From Styela clava (lineage: Eukaryota): DNA of 64,000 nucleotides. Position numbers and translations under genes: made by a program. The notes under the pieces are model-generated. The model was not told the origin of the DNA. It searched no databases and saw only the letters and a program-made list of their open reading frames with translations. This document shows positions 1 through 13,970 of the stretch, piece after piece (the stretch's first letter is position 1; each line of letters opens with the position of its first letter). Where the stretch lies: contig NC_135259.1 in NCBI RefSeq assembly GCF_964204865.1, forward strand, positions 12,586,001 to 12,650,000, in the 5' to 3' direction.

Positions 1-3000
1 AAAGTTGAATGGTTGGTTAACTGTAGTCGAAATAGAAAACATTCAAAGGTCAATTAACTCTAGTTCCGATCCATCGCCAGATGAGCCAGAAAGTTTGCCG
101 GCAGTAAGGACAATTGAGGTGGAGGAACAACTTTGTGATTGCCGCGAAAACACCGAAGAAGTGGAAGTTTTAGATGATGTTACCAGGAGAATTCTTGAAA
201 TAGCCCAAGAACAACGTTTACGCCAAGTTCCTTCAGTTCGAACTATTCCAAAATATAAACTATTCAGAGAAACAAGTGTAATAAACCAGGCCCTAAAAGG
301 AATTAGCTCGACTAACATAACGGAAACAAATAAGTTAATTTATGCCGGAGCAATAGCCGTCACTGAAAGACTAAGCCTCAATGTAAACGGAAGAAAATGT
401 AAAGAGCCAGCCTGGAAATTACGATTACACAATAAGATACAAGAGATGAGAAGAGATATTGACAGACTACAAAAATTTGAAACGATCAAGAAAAATAAAC
501 TGAAAAAAGAATTGATGGAGAAATACAGAGTAAAACAGAAAGGATTGTCATGCGCAACTGAAGAACTTCGACAAAGAATAATTGCAACTGCAGCAAAAAT
601 CAAGAGATATACAGAGAGAACAAGACAATTTCGCCAAAATAAACTGTTTGAAAGCAATCAAAAGCAATTATATCGGGAGTTATCAGGCGATTTTCATACC
701 AGTAAGGATGTAAGTAGAGAACCACAGAATTGCAGAGAATTTTGGAACAACATCTGGGGATCTAAAACCACTCATAATCAAAAATCTGCTTGGTTAAAAA
801 CAGTAAAGAAAGAATTGGAAAATATTCCTACTCAATTAAATTTCACGATAACTGAAGAAATTCTCAAAAGGCAATTGAAAAAACTAGCTAATTGGAAGTC
901 TCCAGGGGTTGATATGGTACAGGCATACTGGGTGAAAAAGTTCACTAGTCTGCATGCACGGATTGCAAAACAACTTGACTACTGTCTTCAGCAAGGCAAG
1001 GTTCCAAGTTGGATTACCGAAGGAAAAGCAGTATTGATTTTGAAAAACGAAAACAAGGGAAATAGTGCTAATAATTTTCGACCAATAACTTGTTTACCAA
1101 TCATATGGAAATTATTTACAGGAATGATTGCAACTAGTATATATGACCACATTGAACAAAACGATTTATTCCCGACGGAGCAGAAAGGGTGCAAGAGAGG
1201 GTCGCGTGGGCCAAAGGATCAACTTTTAATTGACAAAATGGTCTTGGATAACTGCAGAAAACGAAAAACAAGTTTATCCATGGCATGGATAGATTATCGT
1301 AAAGCTTACGATATGATTCCCCATTCATGGATTTCCAAATGCCTGGATTTGTTTGCAATAGCCAAAAATTTGAAAAAACTAGTCATAAACAGTATGGAAA
1401 CATGGAGAACGCATTTGACGGCAAATGGAAAACATTACGGAGAAATTCAAATAAAAAGAGGAATATTTCAGGGCGATACTCTCTCTCCACTTCTTTTTGT
1501 TCTGTGTATGATTCCACTGACGATGGTTTTGAGAAAAACAACACAATCATACTGCATAGGAAAAGGAAAGGAGCGGCTGAACCATCTCTTGTACATGGAC
1601 GATTTGAAACTATTCGGAAAAAACGACAAAGAAATAGACTCTTTAGTGAAAACTGTACACATTTTCAGTCGGGATATTGGAATGGATTTTGGGATAGATA
1701 AATGCGCAGTATTAAGTATGAAAAGGGGAAAAATTACTGACAGTGTGGGAATTTGTTTACCAGATGGGAATAGCATGAGCCAGCTCGAGGAAAGCAATGG
1801 ATACAAATACCTTGGAATATTGGAATCAAATTCGATAAACGAAAATCAAATGAAGAAACTGATCATCCATGAATATACTAAACGATTAAAACAAATTCTA
1901 AAATCAAAATTAAATGGCGGCAACATTATCAAAGCTATTAACATACGTGCAGTTTCGGTAATTAGATACAGCGCTGTTTTTATTGGTTGGTCAAAAAACA
2001 ATCTTGAAAAGCTCGACCGTAAGTCAAGAAAACTTTTAACAATGTACGGAATGCTTCATCCCAGAGGTGATGTTGACAGATTGTATTTGCCAAGGCAAAT
2101 GGGGGGCCGTGGATTAATGAGTGTTGAGGACTGTGTTCAAGCAGAGAAGAAAAGTATGACAGAGTATGCAGAGAATAGTGAAGATATTTTGATGAAAGCC
2201 GTGTATCGCGAGGGTATTTTGTGTGGCGACGAAGACTCAAATGCATTTAAAGAAAGGAAAATAGATGAAAGAATGGAAAGGTGGAAAGAAAAACCGTTGC
2301 ATGGGAAATACCTTCGTGAAACTAAAAATATAATGGTCGAGGACTCATGGAACTGGCTAAAGAAAGGATACCTCAAGAAGGAAACGGAAGGTTTGATAAC
2401 AGCTGCTCAAGAACAGGCTTTGAGAACAAATGTTATCAAAGCAAAAATCGAAAAGCGGGGAGTGTCTGCAAAATGTAGAATGTGTGATGCAAGAGATGAG
2501 ACAGTTTTTCATATATTGTGTGAATGCTCAAAATTGGCGCAAAGAGAATACAAATATCGACACGATAATCTAGCAAGAATTGTTCATTGGGAACTCTGCA
2601 AACTATACGGCCTTAACAGAGAAAATAATTGGTACGACCACACCCCAGAAAAATCACAAAACAATGATAACGTTACGATTCTATGGGATTTTAACATACA
2701 AACAGACCACGTCATTACCCACAGAAGGCCTGATATTGTAGTAATAAATTCATCCGAAAATACATGCTTGATAATCGACATAGCAGTTCCGGCCGATCAT
2801 CGTATTTTATTAAAGGAAAAAGAAAAAATAGAAAAAATATCAAGATTTACGGAGAGAAATGGGAAAAATATGGAATGTAAAAACGAGAATTATACCTGTT
2901 GTCGTTGGTGCCTTGGGTGCAATATCAAACAAGCTAGAAGGGTATTTAAAAGATATGAATTTGCCTAATAGATTGGAATCTTTGCAAAAGGCGGCTCTTT

Positions 3001-3130
3001 TGGGAAGTGCAAGAATACTGAGAAGGGTTCTTGAAATCTAAGGACGCGGGACGTGTCTCGATTTCAAGAAAATATACACCAGTCAAAGAACTGTGAATAA
3101 ATTTAACAAAAATAAATAATAATAATAAAA
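1..3130 (+). mobile_element. Non-LTR retrotransposon, R4/Dong-like clade (RLE type); 5' end lies outside the window
   Basis: Long ORF with RT motifs (RGIFQGDTLSPLLF, LYMDDLK, YKYLG), CCHC knuckle (CRMC..ETVFHILCEC), RHD and RPDIV..IDIAVP restriction-like endonuclease; short 3' UTR ending in (AAT)n at ~3113-3128. Confidence 0.9.
5..3041 (+). CDS. Reverse transcriptase / RLE endonuclease polyprotein with a single +1 frameshift at ~2832-2837
   Basis: ORF 5..2968 is coherent to EKEKIEK. Removing one A from GAAAAAATAT restores KYQDLRREMGKIWNVKTRIIPVVVGALG..LQKAALLGSARILRRVLEI* (ORF 2859..3041), the typical RLE C-terminus. Confidence 0.85.
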
Positions 3131-3256
3131 CACAGGAATACAATAGGTTCCCTGCTGACAATCAGCGGGAAGCCTAATAATAAATAAATAATAATAATAA
3201 TAAAACACAGGAATACAATAGGTTCCCTGCTGACAAGCAGCGGGAAGCCTAATAAT
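3113..3256 (+). repeat. Two tandem ~75 bp units (AAT microsatellite plus hairpin-forming core)
   Basis: AAAACACAGGAATACAATAGGTTCCCTGCTGACAA(T/G)CAGCGGGAAGCCTAATAAT occurs twice. Confidence 0.85.
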
Positions 3257-3460
3257 CAGATTCTGAAGCATATAGTAAAATTGCCAAGAACACTTTTGTG
3301 CATAATACCTTAACATATCGTCTTCTATTGGGAAAATTTCATAGCTTAACTCCAAATTTTTCTCAAACCAAGAATATGATAAACTTCAACTTCAAATTCT
3401 CATTGTTGGTTACAGATGGATATTTTAACATAATTCGTGGTAAAGTAATGTGTATCTTAC

Positions 3461-3640
3461 TTAATAAAATAACCGTGGTATTAACTTCAAAATATGAAAT
3501 GAGCATGAAGCCTCAAAAGTTTCTCCCGACCACGACATGGCTCCTAAACCCTGATCTGAATCTTCAGAATTTTCGTGCACGATAATGTAAACATAGATTC
3601 GCTGGAATCCTGCCATTAACAAAACACGTAAGATCATCGT
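3461..3640 (-). pseudogene. Orphan paralogous terminal exon of a C-type-lectin-fold gene
   Basis: Reads VYIIVHENSEDSDQGLGAMSWSGETFEASCSFHI, nearly identical to the terminal exon at 7493-7720; DNA 3251-3640 aligns with 7292-7660; no upstream exons found. Confidence 0.6.
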
Positions 3641-5259
3641 CACAGGACCTGAAAAAGCTGTGAGAGTCTCTGTAACGTTATCCTGATATAGGTACTGGTA
3701 AGTTACAGCCTATGATTTTTGGGGGATTGATGATGAAATATTTCGTTTTGCCCTCCGTGTCCACATCTTTAAGCATAGCTCTCTTGTTTGCGTAAAAAAT
3801 CGAAATTTGTTCACAACAAGAATTAGAAAAGCGATACAAAGATCCTTCGTTTTCAATTATGGGAAAACTCTGATTTTAATGTTGTATAGTTTGAAAATAG
3901 TTTAAAAATAACCACATGCACACTGATAACGATAACAACACATTTTCTATGCTACAAGTTTACTTTAATAAATCCTATTATCTTTTTTATATATGTTATA
4001 TTCTTTCCTTTTCTCATTTTTCCTGTTTAGGTCCTTGTCAACCGGCAACTACTAACATTACGTCATAAGTAGTGAAGAAGCATGTAAGTGTGATAAAGGC
4101 GGAATAAAAAATATTTGGGCTCGATACATATTCAACATGTCCTGGGAAATTGGTTCAGTTGGTCAGAATATGAACCAGGCAACAGTTAGACGGTTAGACC
4201 ATATTCTCAAAGTGCCAGTGCGATGGATAAAAACACCTATAACCTCAGGGCGATACTCGGGTCTTTCGTCTGTTCGTCGCCGGGTGGTTTGATCTCAGTG
4301 GTTTTAGTTATTCTACGAGAAATATTCTTACGAGATTGAACGCCAGCACAATCGGTGCCACTCTGGTATGCGATTGAGATCACGTTAAGCAAGTGCGATC
4401 GCATACCAAAGTGGCATCGAAAATTGTAGATTGTGAAGCACATAGTGTCTGGTAGTAGGGAGTTTATCACATTTATGTGAAATAGGTTGATCCTGATGTT
4501 GCTATGCTATAAATATTTTGATGACGTCAAATGTGCGTTGCAACTGTCATCAGTACTCTTAATATTTGCTGTTCCGGGCTCATGCCTATGAAATCTCATT
4601 TGCAACCGAGCCTATGTCATAGATACAAAATTTAACAAGTTTATATACGCAATCTATATGATCAGAAAGATACAAGGGTATAATAAAATGTATAAGAAGG
4701 GTATAATGTATTATAAAATGAATCAAATATCCATTTCATTCAAACAATCTGATAATTATTGACGCTAACACCAAAGTAACCTGTAAATGTTTACCATGGC
4801 ATGCAGTAAGGAATTTTATTTTTTAGAAATATAAACGTTTTTACATCGATTAAACCCTAAATGGCTCCAGAATGAGATTACAAAAACATCCAATAATAAT
4901 TAAAATGTAAAATATATTTTCATGGCCGGTTATAATAATAGTAACCTTAATATAACAAGAGCCGATTACAAACATTACTCACAAAAATCAGTTGCTCACA
5001 TCTATGTTCACGGAAAAATCATAAAAATATAATTTTAATGGTCATAACATGGAATCTTTAGAATGTATTTTTGTCCTGCATATGACCAAAGCGTAGCCTA
5101 AGTATGAGCCAATTTATTGTTGTCACCGCCAATAGAACGCAGCTTAATCAACGACGTGTAGTGAATTAAAATAATCAGCTATATATATACTGTTTCCAGC
5201 TAAATATACTAAAGTTATTAAAGTTTAATTTCATTGTACTTTTTACCCTATTTGCAAGA

Positions 5260-6750
5260 ATGAAGTTTCGTTGTTTCCTATTGCTGTATATTATTATCTT
5301 GCCGAACGAGCTGATGATATTTGGTAAAACAGGTTTGTTTATATTTTGTCGTTATTTAAGTAATGCTTGGTCTAAGCTAAAAAATTGAAGGTTAATCAGT
5401 TTGGAAAATTTATCAAATCAACTAAATAGAGCAATGCTTGTCAAAATCTAATCAGGCTGAAAGAAAATATTGATAGAGAATAAAAATCGAAAACATACAT
5501 CTCAACTAATATCTGTGAAATAGCAGGAAATCTGGTCACGTTTTTGATAATGAGTACGAATGCTGGTTTCAACTATGTAAACTTAAAAACAAATAATTTA
5601 GCTCAAAATATATATCGTTTTCCCATAACTTTGATTGATAAAGATGAAAATATAAGAACAACTCAAATCTTTTGTTATATGTTACCGGTGAATTGTTCTA
5701 TTTCATTTTCTACAAACATTTTGGAATGATCACTTTAAGTTTATACGCGTTAGATAAATTATATACAGACAAGGAGTCGTCACGAATAATAAAAACGTTT
5801 GCATTTAGGTGACTTGTGCATCCACAAACTTGTTAAAGGTCGTCTCGTTACTAAAGGTTTCTGTGAGACTCCGAATGAACAAGGTGGGAATATGTATTGA
5901 ATAGCACATTTTTGTCATAATTTTTCTGAAATTTCCATTTTTTTTCTATTTACAACAGAAATGATCACACAACTGCGAAATAATGTAGAAGCTGCAAAGG
6001 AAAGGGGTAAGTAAAAAAGGGGGTGATGGATTAAGAGAGGTTAGGTTTTGTAAGATAATGGTATAAGATGTTAAAAAAAAAATACGTTGATAAAGACGTA
6101 ACGGCCATTCATTCACTAAACTATTTTACAGAAAAACTTAAAACCTGGTATAAAGCAAGCAACAACTTTTACTACAAAATGTTCTTGGACCAGGTATCTT
6201 ATGCGACTGCCAAAGCAAACTGTCAAGAGAAAAAGGCAAATTTAGCTTCCGTTGGTGTTCGCGATTCTTCAATGAGAAAGTGAGTATTGAATTATTGTTT
6301 CAAATACGAAAGCGATGAAGTATAAGTTCGATTACATAATGCAATACACATTGAAAGACCTTGCTATGTTCTATATCAGAATATTATTTATACAAATAGC
6401 TGCATAATATGTTTGCAAAATAGTGTAGTTTAATTACCTATGTTTTTTAAATATCACAAAAACAATATTTTACTCCTATCATCAATAAACATTCAATAAT
6501 GTTTTTAATTCACAGTCATTTAATCAGTCTTGCCAGTGGGGAAAATGTGTGGATTGGATTGAATGATATTGAGCATGAAGGCAACTTTATTTGGGAGGAT
6601 GGCGTCGTTTCCACCGCAGATAATACTCCTTGGATAAATCCGCCTGATGACTATGAAGGAAATGAAGATTGCGTCCATTTGACAGAAACTTCATTAAATG
6701 ACTATGATTGTTCTAAGTTATTACCATATATTTGTGAAAAATTTGTTTGA
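5260..6750 (+). CDS. Secreted C-type lectin, 5 exons (5260-5332, 5809-5883, 5959-6006, 6132-6279, 6516-6750)
   Basis: Signal peptide MKFRCFLLLYIIIL, short helical neck, CTLD with WIGLND, F.WEDG, EDCV, ND..C...YICE; GT-AG phases are consistent; AATAAA downstream. Confidence 0.85.
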
Positions 6751-7492
6751 GCGCAAACTGATTATAACTCTTTTTTTCTCTGCTTCATCAATAGATGTTA
6801 AGTAATTAGTATTTTGGCTTTAAATTGGTTATATAATTCATTCGTTAATTAAATAAAATTAATGATTAACTGCATCGAGACTTTCAATAAATGTTGAGGT
6901 TTCGTTTTACTTTCAATAGCTGTATGTGCTTTTGAATTTTTCACTCAATTTTTGTAATATATAAAACACAAACATCATACTTTTTTTATGCTTATTCTAT
7001 CTGTAAAAAAATTAAAGTTTGTATAATTCTATATTTGGAACTGCAATAATTTCACAATTTATCAGGAAAGTAAAGGGTATTTTTTAAGTATATTGCTATA
7101 TTCACATATTCAATTTGAAGCGTCAAAATCTGCATTTTATAGTGAGATATCAAATTTTTTCCAAACTAGGTTTCTAGGTCTGTACCCGATCAAATTGTTA
7201 CAAAACTTATGTAGTGTACCCCATCTTACGGTTGTTTTAAGCGTGGTGGTGGAGATAAAAGTCAAGATAATTCGTGGGGAAAAAACGAGTGTAATAATCA
7301 GATTCTGAATGCATATATATATAGCAAAATTGCCAAGAACACTTTTGTGTATATTACCTTAACATATCGCACTCTATTGGAAAAAATTCATAGCTAAATT
7401 GCAAAGTTTTCTCAAACTAAGAATATGATAACATTTAACGTTACAAACATATATTCTCACAAATTTCTCCGTAAAATAATGTGTATCTTACT

Positions 7493-9456
7493 TTAAGATA
7501 ACCTGGGTACTGACGACAAAATATGAAATGAGCATAATGCCCCAAAAGTTTCTTGCGACCACGACATGGCTCCTAAACCCTGATCGGAATCTTCGGAATT
7601 TTTGTGCACGAGGATGTAAACACGGGTTCGTTGTGATCCTGCCATTGCCCAAACACTTGGAATTGTCCTAACTTTTTTATACGTTGCTATTTTGCCGTTT
7701 GAAAGAATTGCGTTCCCAATCTAGGAAAAGCAAAATGAAAAAGAGATAAATTATATCTGTAAACAGTTATTATATTTGTTATTTTAAACTATGCTTATAC
7801 ATACAAAATATAAAAAGAGAGAATGGTCACATATATGAAAACAAGTGTCAAATTTAATATAAAAAAATTCCCATGTCGTATAAATAAATGTGTTACCATG
7901 AATTTAATAAAAAAAAAAACAGCAAAACTTTGGGTGAAGTACGGGTTTACGTAGGACCGAGAGGGAAAAAGTAATAGCCTTTTATCGACTTTTCCCGGCT
8001 TCAAGTAGGCCTACTGAAAAATTATCATTAGTAACGATGAAAACAAAAGCAACAATTTAGCCAACGATCCATATCTATATTTTGTGTCTAGTAACTGATT
8101 ACTTAAACTGGCTTAAAAGTTTGATAGCCGATAATTAGTGTCTTCTTTTTATATAATTTCAGAAAATAATAAAATCCAACTCATACTTTATCTTTTTTCA
8201 TTCCTGTCCAAATATGAAATCGCAAACTTTTTGCTGGCATTTGTCTTCTTAGGTATGTCATTATGATGTCATATTGATACATCGTAAAAACATCAGCGAG
8301 TTTGAATCCTTGGGCGACACAGATTTCTCGAGCTTCCTCAAGATCTGTGTCCCGTGTAGAATGAACTTCTGACCAATAGCACATTGATTCAACTATTATT
8401 CCACTTTTGTCAAAGCAGATTTTCTCTGTAATCATGAAGTTTGTTTTCAGCTTTGCAATATTTTCTGATTTTCTTTAATTCTTGATGGAGCATAGTTTAA
8501 GATCGCTAAAAATATTTTTTAAATAATATCTATATCCATTACAGTATTATTTTTTCTGGTATAATTAATTTTACAATACTTTGCATTTCCGAATGAGTTT
8601 TTTCCAGTCTTTCGATTGATGTTGTCAAAATGTTGTTCGTTGCTGTCAATGAATCAATGCGTTGTTCCATCTGCTCAACTTTAACTTTCAAATATTCGTT
8701 CTCTTATGCATTAACAAAAGCATTCATCAAATTTAATCAATCTTTATATTGGGGCCATTATTGTGAAAATTTAACTTTGCCACATACAGCGACCATCGAA
8801 ACTAGTCAAGTATAAAATTCTATGTAGTGAATCCTTTTCAAAATCACCACAATATGTGTTAAACGACGGGATAGAAAAACAATACTTTAGGTACAATACT
8901 AACAATACTAACATTTCATTTTCACGAACTGAAAATTTGCAAAACGATTGGTCTGGAAGTTGATAAGAAAGGACCTTGGTTCGATAAGTTAAACAAGACA
9001 GCAAAGCTCAAATGGGAAGGCCCAAACAAAGTAGTAACAAATCTTTCATACCGGTAGTCTGATCACCAGATCACTGAGATGAGATCATGGTACTACGGCA
9101 CGGTCCCATAGTGCCTTTTTTTTTTTTGAAATAAATAAAAGTATTAGACTTCTAGCAAGAACAATACTCCGTGTCCAACACTGTACTTTTATATTTATAC
9201 CTTTTATATTGTTATACACAAGCTGGAGAAGAGTTGAGCTTTCCCTTGTCACCATCTGTTTGCAAATTATGGGAAATTCCTTTCTTAGCAGATATTTTCT
9301 AATGTCATACTCCGACTGATTCCAATCTGATGCAACTGGATCACAATTGGCAATCTGACATCCAGGTTTTGCAGTACAGTGAAATGTTTCTTCAGTTTGG
9401 CATAATGATATAACAGCAATAATTTGACAAAAAAGTATTGCTTGGATATGTTTCAT
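7493..9456 (-). CDS. Secreted coiled-coil plus C-type-lectin-fold protein, 4 exons (9201-9456, 8580-8702, 8187-8505, 7493-7720); possibly a pseudogene
   Basis: Signal peptide, coiled-coil exon (EYLKVKVEQMEQRIDSL), CYW..EAREIC..LAD..WTGM, terminal exon LSNG..QGL..GALC; in-frame TAA at 8475-8477 with the best acceptor. Confidence 0.65.
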
Positions 9457-12400
9457 TATTGTAGGATATTGTGATCTTAACTATGTTCAAATATATGAAC
9501 ACGAAAACCAAAACAGAGTAATACGGTTATGGTATTACTGTATGGTATCTGTCATACTATACATTAATTAACGGTACCGCAATCTTCACAAATATGCCAA
9601 ACCACTAACGCGAACGCGGAATCGCCGCAAGGTGCTCAATTTTAATTTTGACGACGTCACCGCACATAAAAAAACGATACAATAAAAACACAAAAGTACG
9701 ATGGTTGCATGAAGAACTTATTACGTTGGAATAGGAATTGAATACATTAATTATATCCAATAAAATTTCAAATTGAAATCAAATTTTGTTTGCTTCTATG
9801 GCAATGTGTGAATTCTTAAATTATAATTTCGAAATGAGTTTCGTAATATAGTATATTTAAATATCAGTAAATACAGATTGACACGTAGCTTCAACATTTT
9901 CTTTATTATAGTCAAACTAGTTGATGTACTGAATAAATGTATATCTATCAATTGAAAATATATGCATCAATGTTTTATAAATTACCATAATTTTGAGTTG
10001 ACCTCAAAGAATTAAACTATAAATGTAGAATGATCTCTACAAGTAATTCAACTGTAAAGTAATCTTGTAATAAGGAGTATTCACTGAATATCTATCATCT
10101 AGTTATACATCTGCACCTTCCACAATTAAAAGGCTTACAATCTAACAAATACGTATACATGAATCAATACAAATTCAAAAGCCTTGCGACATGCACTTAC
10201 GCAAATCATGCCGTTATATTATCAAATTTGCTGCTTCGTTAAATCTTATTGCTTTATCGGTCGATCTATTTTTGCATGCAAAATGCCTTAGGGACAAACT
10301 GATGTCATGGACTCATGGAATAAATAATATTATTGTCTCTAGGCGAATTGTGTATTCAGAAGATTGTCCAAGGCCGTCTCGTTTCTTGAGGTTTATATGA
10401 GAATCCGAAAGAACGCGTTAGTGAATATAAATTGAACAGTAAATTATTACACACAATATACATAATAAAAATAATGTGTTCATAAAAACCAAAGTTATGA
10501 AAAACAATTCGAACAGACTGCTGCAAAAGAAATGGGTGGGTAAAATAATAGAACAAAGGAGGTTGACAAATGCTGAAATGTGTTTGAGGGGCTAAAAACG
10601 AATATTATAACAAGTCATATTATATAGAACCGTAAACTTGATACAAAGCGAGTGACAAATTTGTTAAATTTTTTTTTAAATTACTGACTTGGCTGCAAAA
10701 GAAAATTATCAAAACATGAAGCCAATTCTGGCTTCTGCAAGTGTTACATTCATTCCATGTCGTGAATCTGTTTCATGCAAATATCTTTATATTACATTTT
10801 ACATCCCATGACTCAATTTTTTAGTTATTAAGTGTCTAATGAGCTTGAAGTGTATATTCCTATATGAAATTAGATACTCACTTCCACAAGTAAATTTAAC
10901 TCGTTTCTACTCTAAAAAAATGTTTATTCGAATGCTAAGCATGTGCGAATTTCCTTATGACTTATGGGATAGATTTGTTTTATATAAAAAGAAGAACCAA
11001 GTAGAATATCGAATACCATCACACCGTGATGCTCGCAAGCAATTTGCAAATTTTGTTTTTGATAATGAAACATGAAACCAGTTGTCCGGACGCATGGCGT
11101 CGTTTCCATAAAAGATATTATCATGGACATTCTAATAACGTTATGAAAATATTAAAGATAATGTACGTTTTTACGACATGTTGCCAGAATTTAATATCTG
11201 ATATGTGAAAAAAAGTTTTTGTCAAAATCAATTCACATAATTTTTACTTTGCTTGATCAATCGCTATAAAATATGGCATATCGGTAATAGAACATTCATA
11301 TATTTTGTCATGCAAACACGGAGTTTGAGGGACCCGAACGCAGTTTTAGCTTTCAAAGATTTTTTTTTATCATATATCTATCATGTTTTGGCAGCAACAT
11401 AAGGTTGTAGTACAAATATGAGAACTAGAAGATCAATTTTAGCGACTTCGAAAACTGATATGCAAAAGATATTTTGTTGGCGAATTAAGATTATGGAAAT
11501 ACTACTATAGTCATTAGATAAAAACTGAAAACTAACTTCTCTTATTCACGACTTACACCTCAATTTTACATTTGCACTAAATCTCTATCGTAAATTGAGA
11601 AATCTATTAAATAAGACAAGCGTGCAGAACTACAATAGACCGCTATTACTTCTCGGTTCAATTTACTTTTCAACAGCGTACAATATATTCTAAATACAAC
11701 TATTAGCATTTTTTCGAGTATTTTAAAACATTCACAAATAATTGTTCGAGCTTCTCTCAACTCGAGTATTTTTACCATTATATTTTAACTTTTTTTTCTT
11801 GTGTATAACATATTATAATACAACATTTCAAAAACTTTATCACGATACCGACAGCATTTATTTTATCTTTTGCGAAACGTACGACATTTATCATACCTTT
11901 TTGGTGATTCATTTGCCTTTTTATCTCACATCATTAGTATATACCTGGTTAATATACTAAACATTCACCTTAACATCGATTATATACATAAACAACAGGT
12001 TCAAGTTTTCAGTAAGGCGATGTAATATTGACAGCTTTATTATATAAAAGCTGCCTATAATACACAAAATCTACTGAATTTGGAAAAATCTTATGCTTAT
12101 AATTAATTATCAAATGGTGTGAAGGGGTAGGTTTTGTCTAAAATAGTTTTACCCGCCATGAAGATTTGATACTCAATCCACTTATTGCGCCACAAAGTGA
12201 AGCATCAATTGTTCTTATTCCTAGATAAACCTCAGCCAAGTTTAACATAATTTTTGAACCCATTGACCTCAAACAAAAATAAACGAATGATTCATCAAAA
12301 ATTTTACGCGAATGCCGAATTAAAAAATGGAAATTACCGGTGTATAATACTGCCAATTGCAAGTGTTTGACAGTATCAGTCGTAATGCCCATGAGGAAAC

Positions 12401-13536
12401 ATCATTAAGTTTTAACTCTGAATGCTATTGTGGCTAATTGAGTTTAGATCGAGACGGGTCCCGCGCATAGAAGTAGCAAATTATCCATAGTGCTTGAGTT
12501 AGATCGCGTAGATTAAACCAAAGTATAATCAAAATATATCGTGAACGATAAGTTAGCCTTCGTATAGTATAGTTATACAAAAATAGCTACAAAACTTAAC
12601 AAAATTGAATTAGTTTAATGCCCAAAAGTATAAGGTTAAGATATTAATTTAGATCAAATATATTTATGCAATGTTGGGAGTCGACGCGGATTTCTTTCAC
12701 CAAGTCTGCCAGGAAATTGGCAGGTAAAATTACGAATTTTAACTTAGCGGTTTTTTAATCCGACATACATTTAAAATATGTAGTAGTATTATAATATTAT
12801 TAAATATGAAACCAACAAATACTATTTTAGAGATAATCACAACAAAACAAATTTCACTATTACGCTTAACAAATATTGAAGTGAGATTTCGAAGTATTTT
12901 GGAAACGATTCCTTAAACTTACGTATTACTAAAAATCAGAATTTTAATTACATAATCTGCTATCAGTCACGTGAATCAGACTATAAAAGTTGGCCTATGA
13001 TTTCGATACCTTATTTAGACGTAAATCGGTACTTGAGAATCAATTGATTGATTAACTTCCCACATGACATCGTCTATCTTGCACAAAAATTTTACTCGAA
13101 TATGGTTACATATGTATGCGGCCGAGCATGAACGCAATTGATCGGGAAAACTGCGGTGATTGCCTTATCCTTATTTCTTCTCCTTATCAAGTATTCGACA
13201 AATAAGGCTCATACTTAGTTGGTTGTGATTTATACAAACTTATAAAAATTCACTCAAAGTCTCACTATACACAACATTAGAAATGTGTGTGGCATTGACA
13301 CGAAAAATCGATAGAACTATTCATATATTGATAATATGTCAGGTCAGGTTTTGTATTGGAGGTCAGTTCTTTCCATCATACTATAACAGTAAGCCGGAAC
13401 ATCTTTCATATCTATTCGAAACAATGGTTGGAATATTAAAAATATGATATCTACAATGTCATTCGTTTGATTTAATGCAAGAATCAGTTATAGGAGTACA
13501 TTTTTATCTCGTGTTTAGGTAGTATATTGATTTGGG

Positions 13537-13646
13537 GGTACTCCTGAAGTACGCGCAACAAGATGTCGCACAACCTGAACCCCAACCTGGTACACAACCT
13601 GAGTTCAGGTTGTGCGCCATCTTGATGCGTATACTCCAGGAGGTCC
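13537..13646. mobile_element. Palindromic MITE family A, short form
   Basis: GG(T)ACTCC..CAAGATG.CG terminal inverted repeats; related copies at 28724-28832 and 54528-54636. Confidence 0.8.
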
Positions 13647-13970
13647 TATTTAGGACTGTGCTTTTTCATCTTGGCCAGAGTAACACATTGCCAGTTGGAT
13701 CAAAAACAGGGGTTTAATTTCAATAAATTGAAGATATAGCCGAACTACAATTTACACGTTACTTAATAATATTTGCTAATATTTGGTTGATATAAAATGT
13801 TTTAAATAAGAACAGTGATGTTGAAATAATAATCATATGTTAAAAACTTAAAAAAATAAATAATAAAGGTACAAATGTCTCATCTGTGTTGACATTGCTT
13901 TGAGTTTAGACTAAATACGACGAATTTAACTTAGCCTACTTACTTGATATTTGATAAAAGTTTTAACAAT

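Noticed and set aside
43-2781. Multiple antisense and alternate-frame ORFs over the RT
   Set aside because: Shadow ORFs of a long coding sequence, without motifs
4031-4083. Exon-like segment with good AG/GTAAGT boundaries
   Set aside because: Stops in all three frames and no partner exons identified
7795-8004. ORF as terminal exon of the minus-strand lectin-fold gene
   Set aside because: A better exon with correct phase and family motifs lies at 7493-7720, so this ORF is intronic
9500-13500. Short ORFs in the AT-rich intergenic region
   Set aside because: Low-complexity composition, no motifs or consistent splice structure
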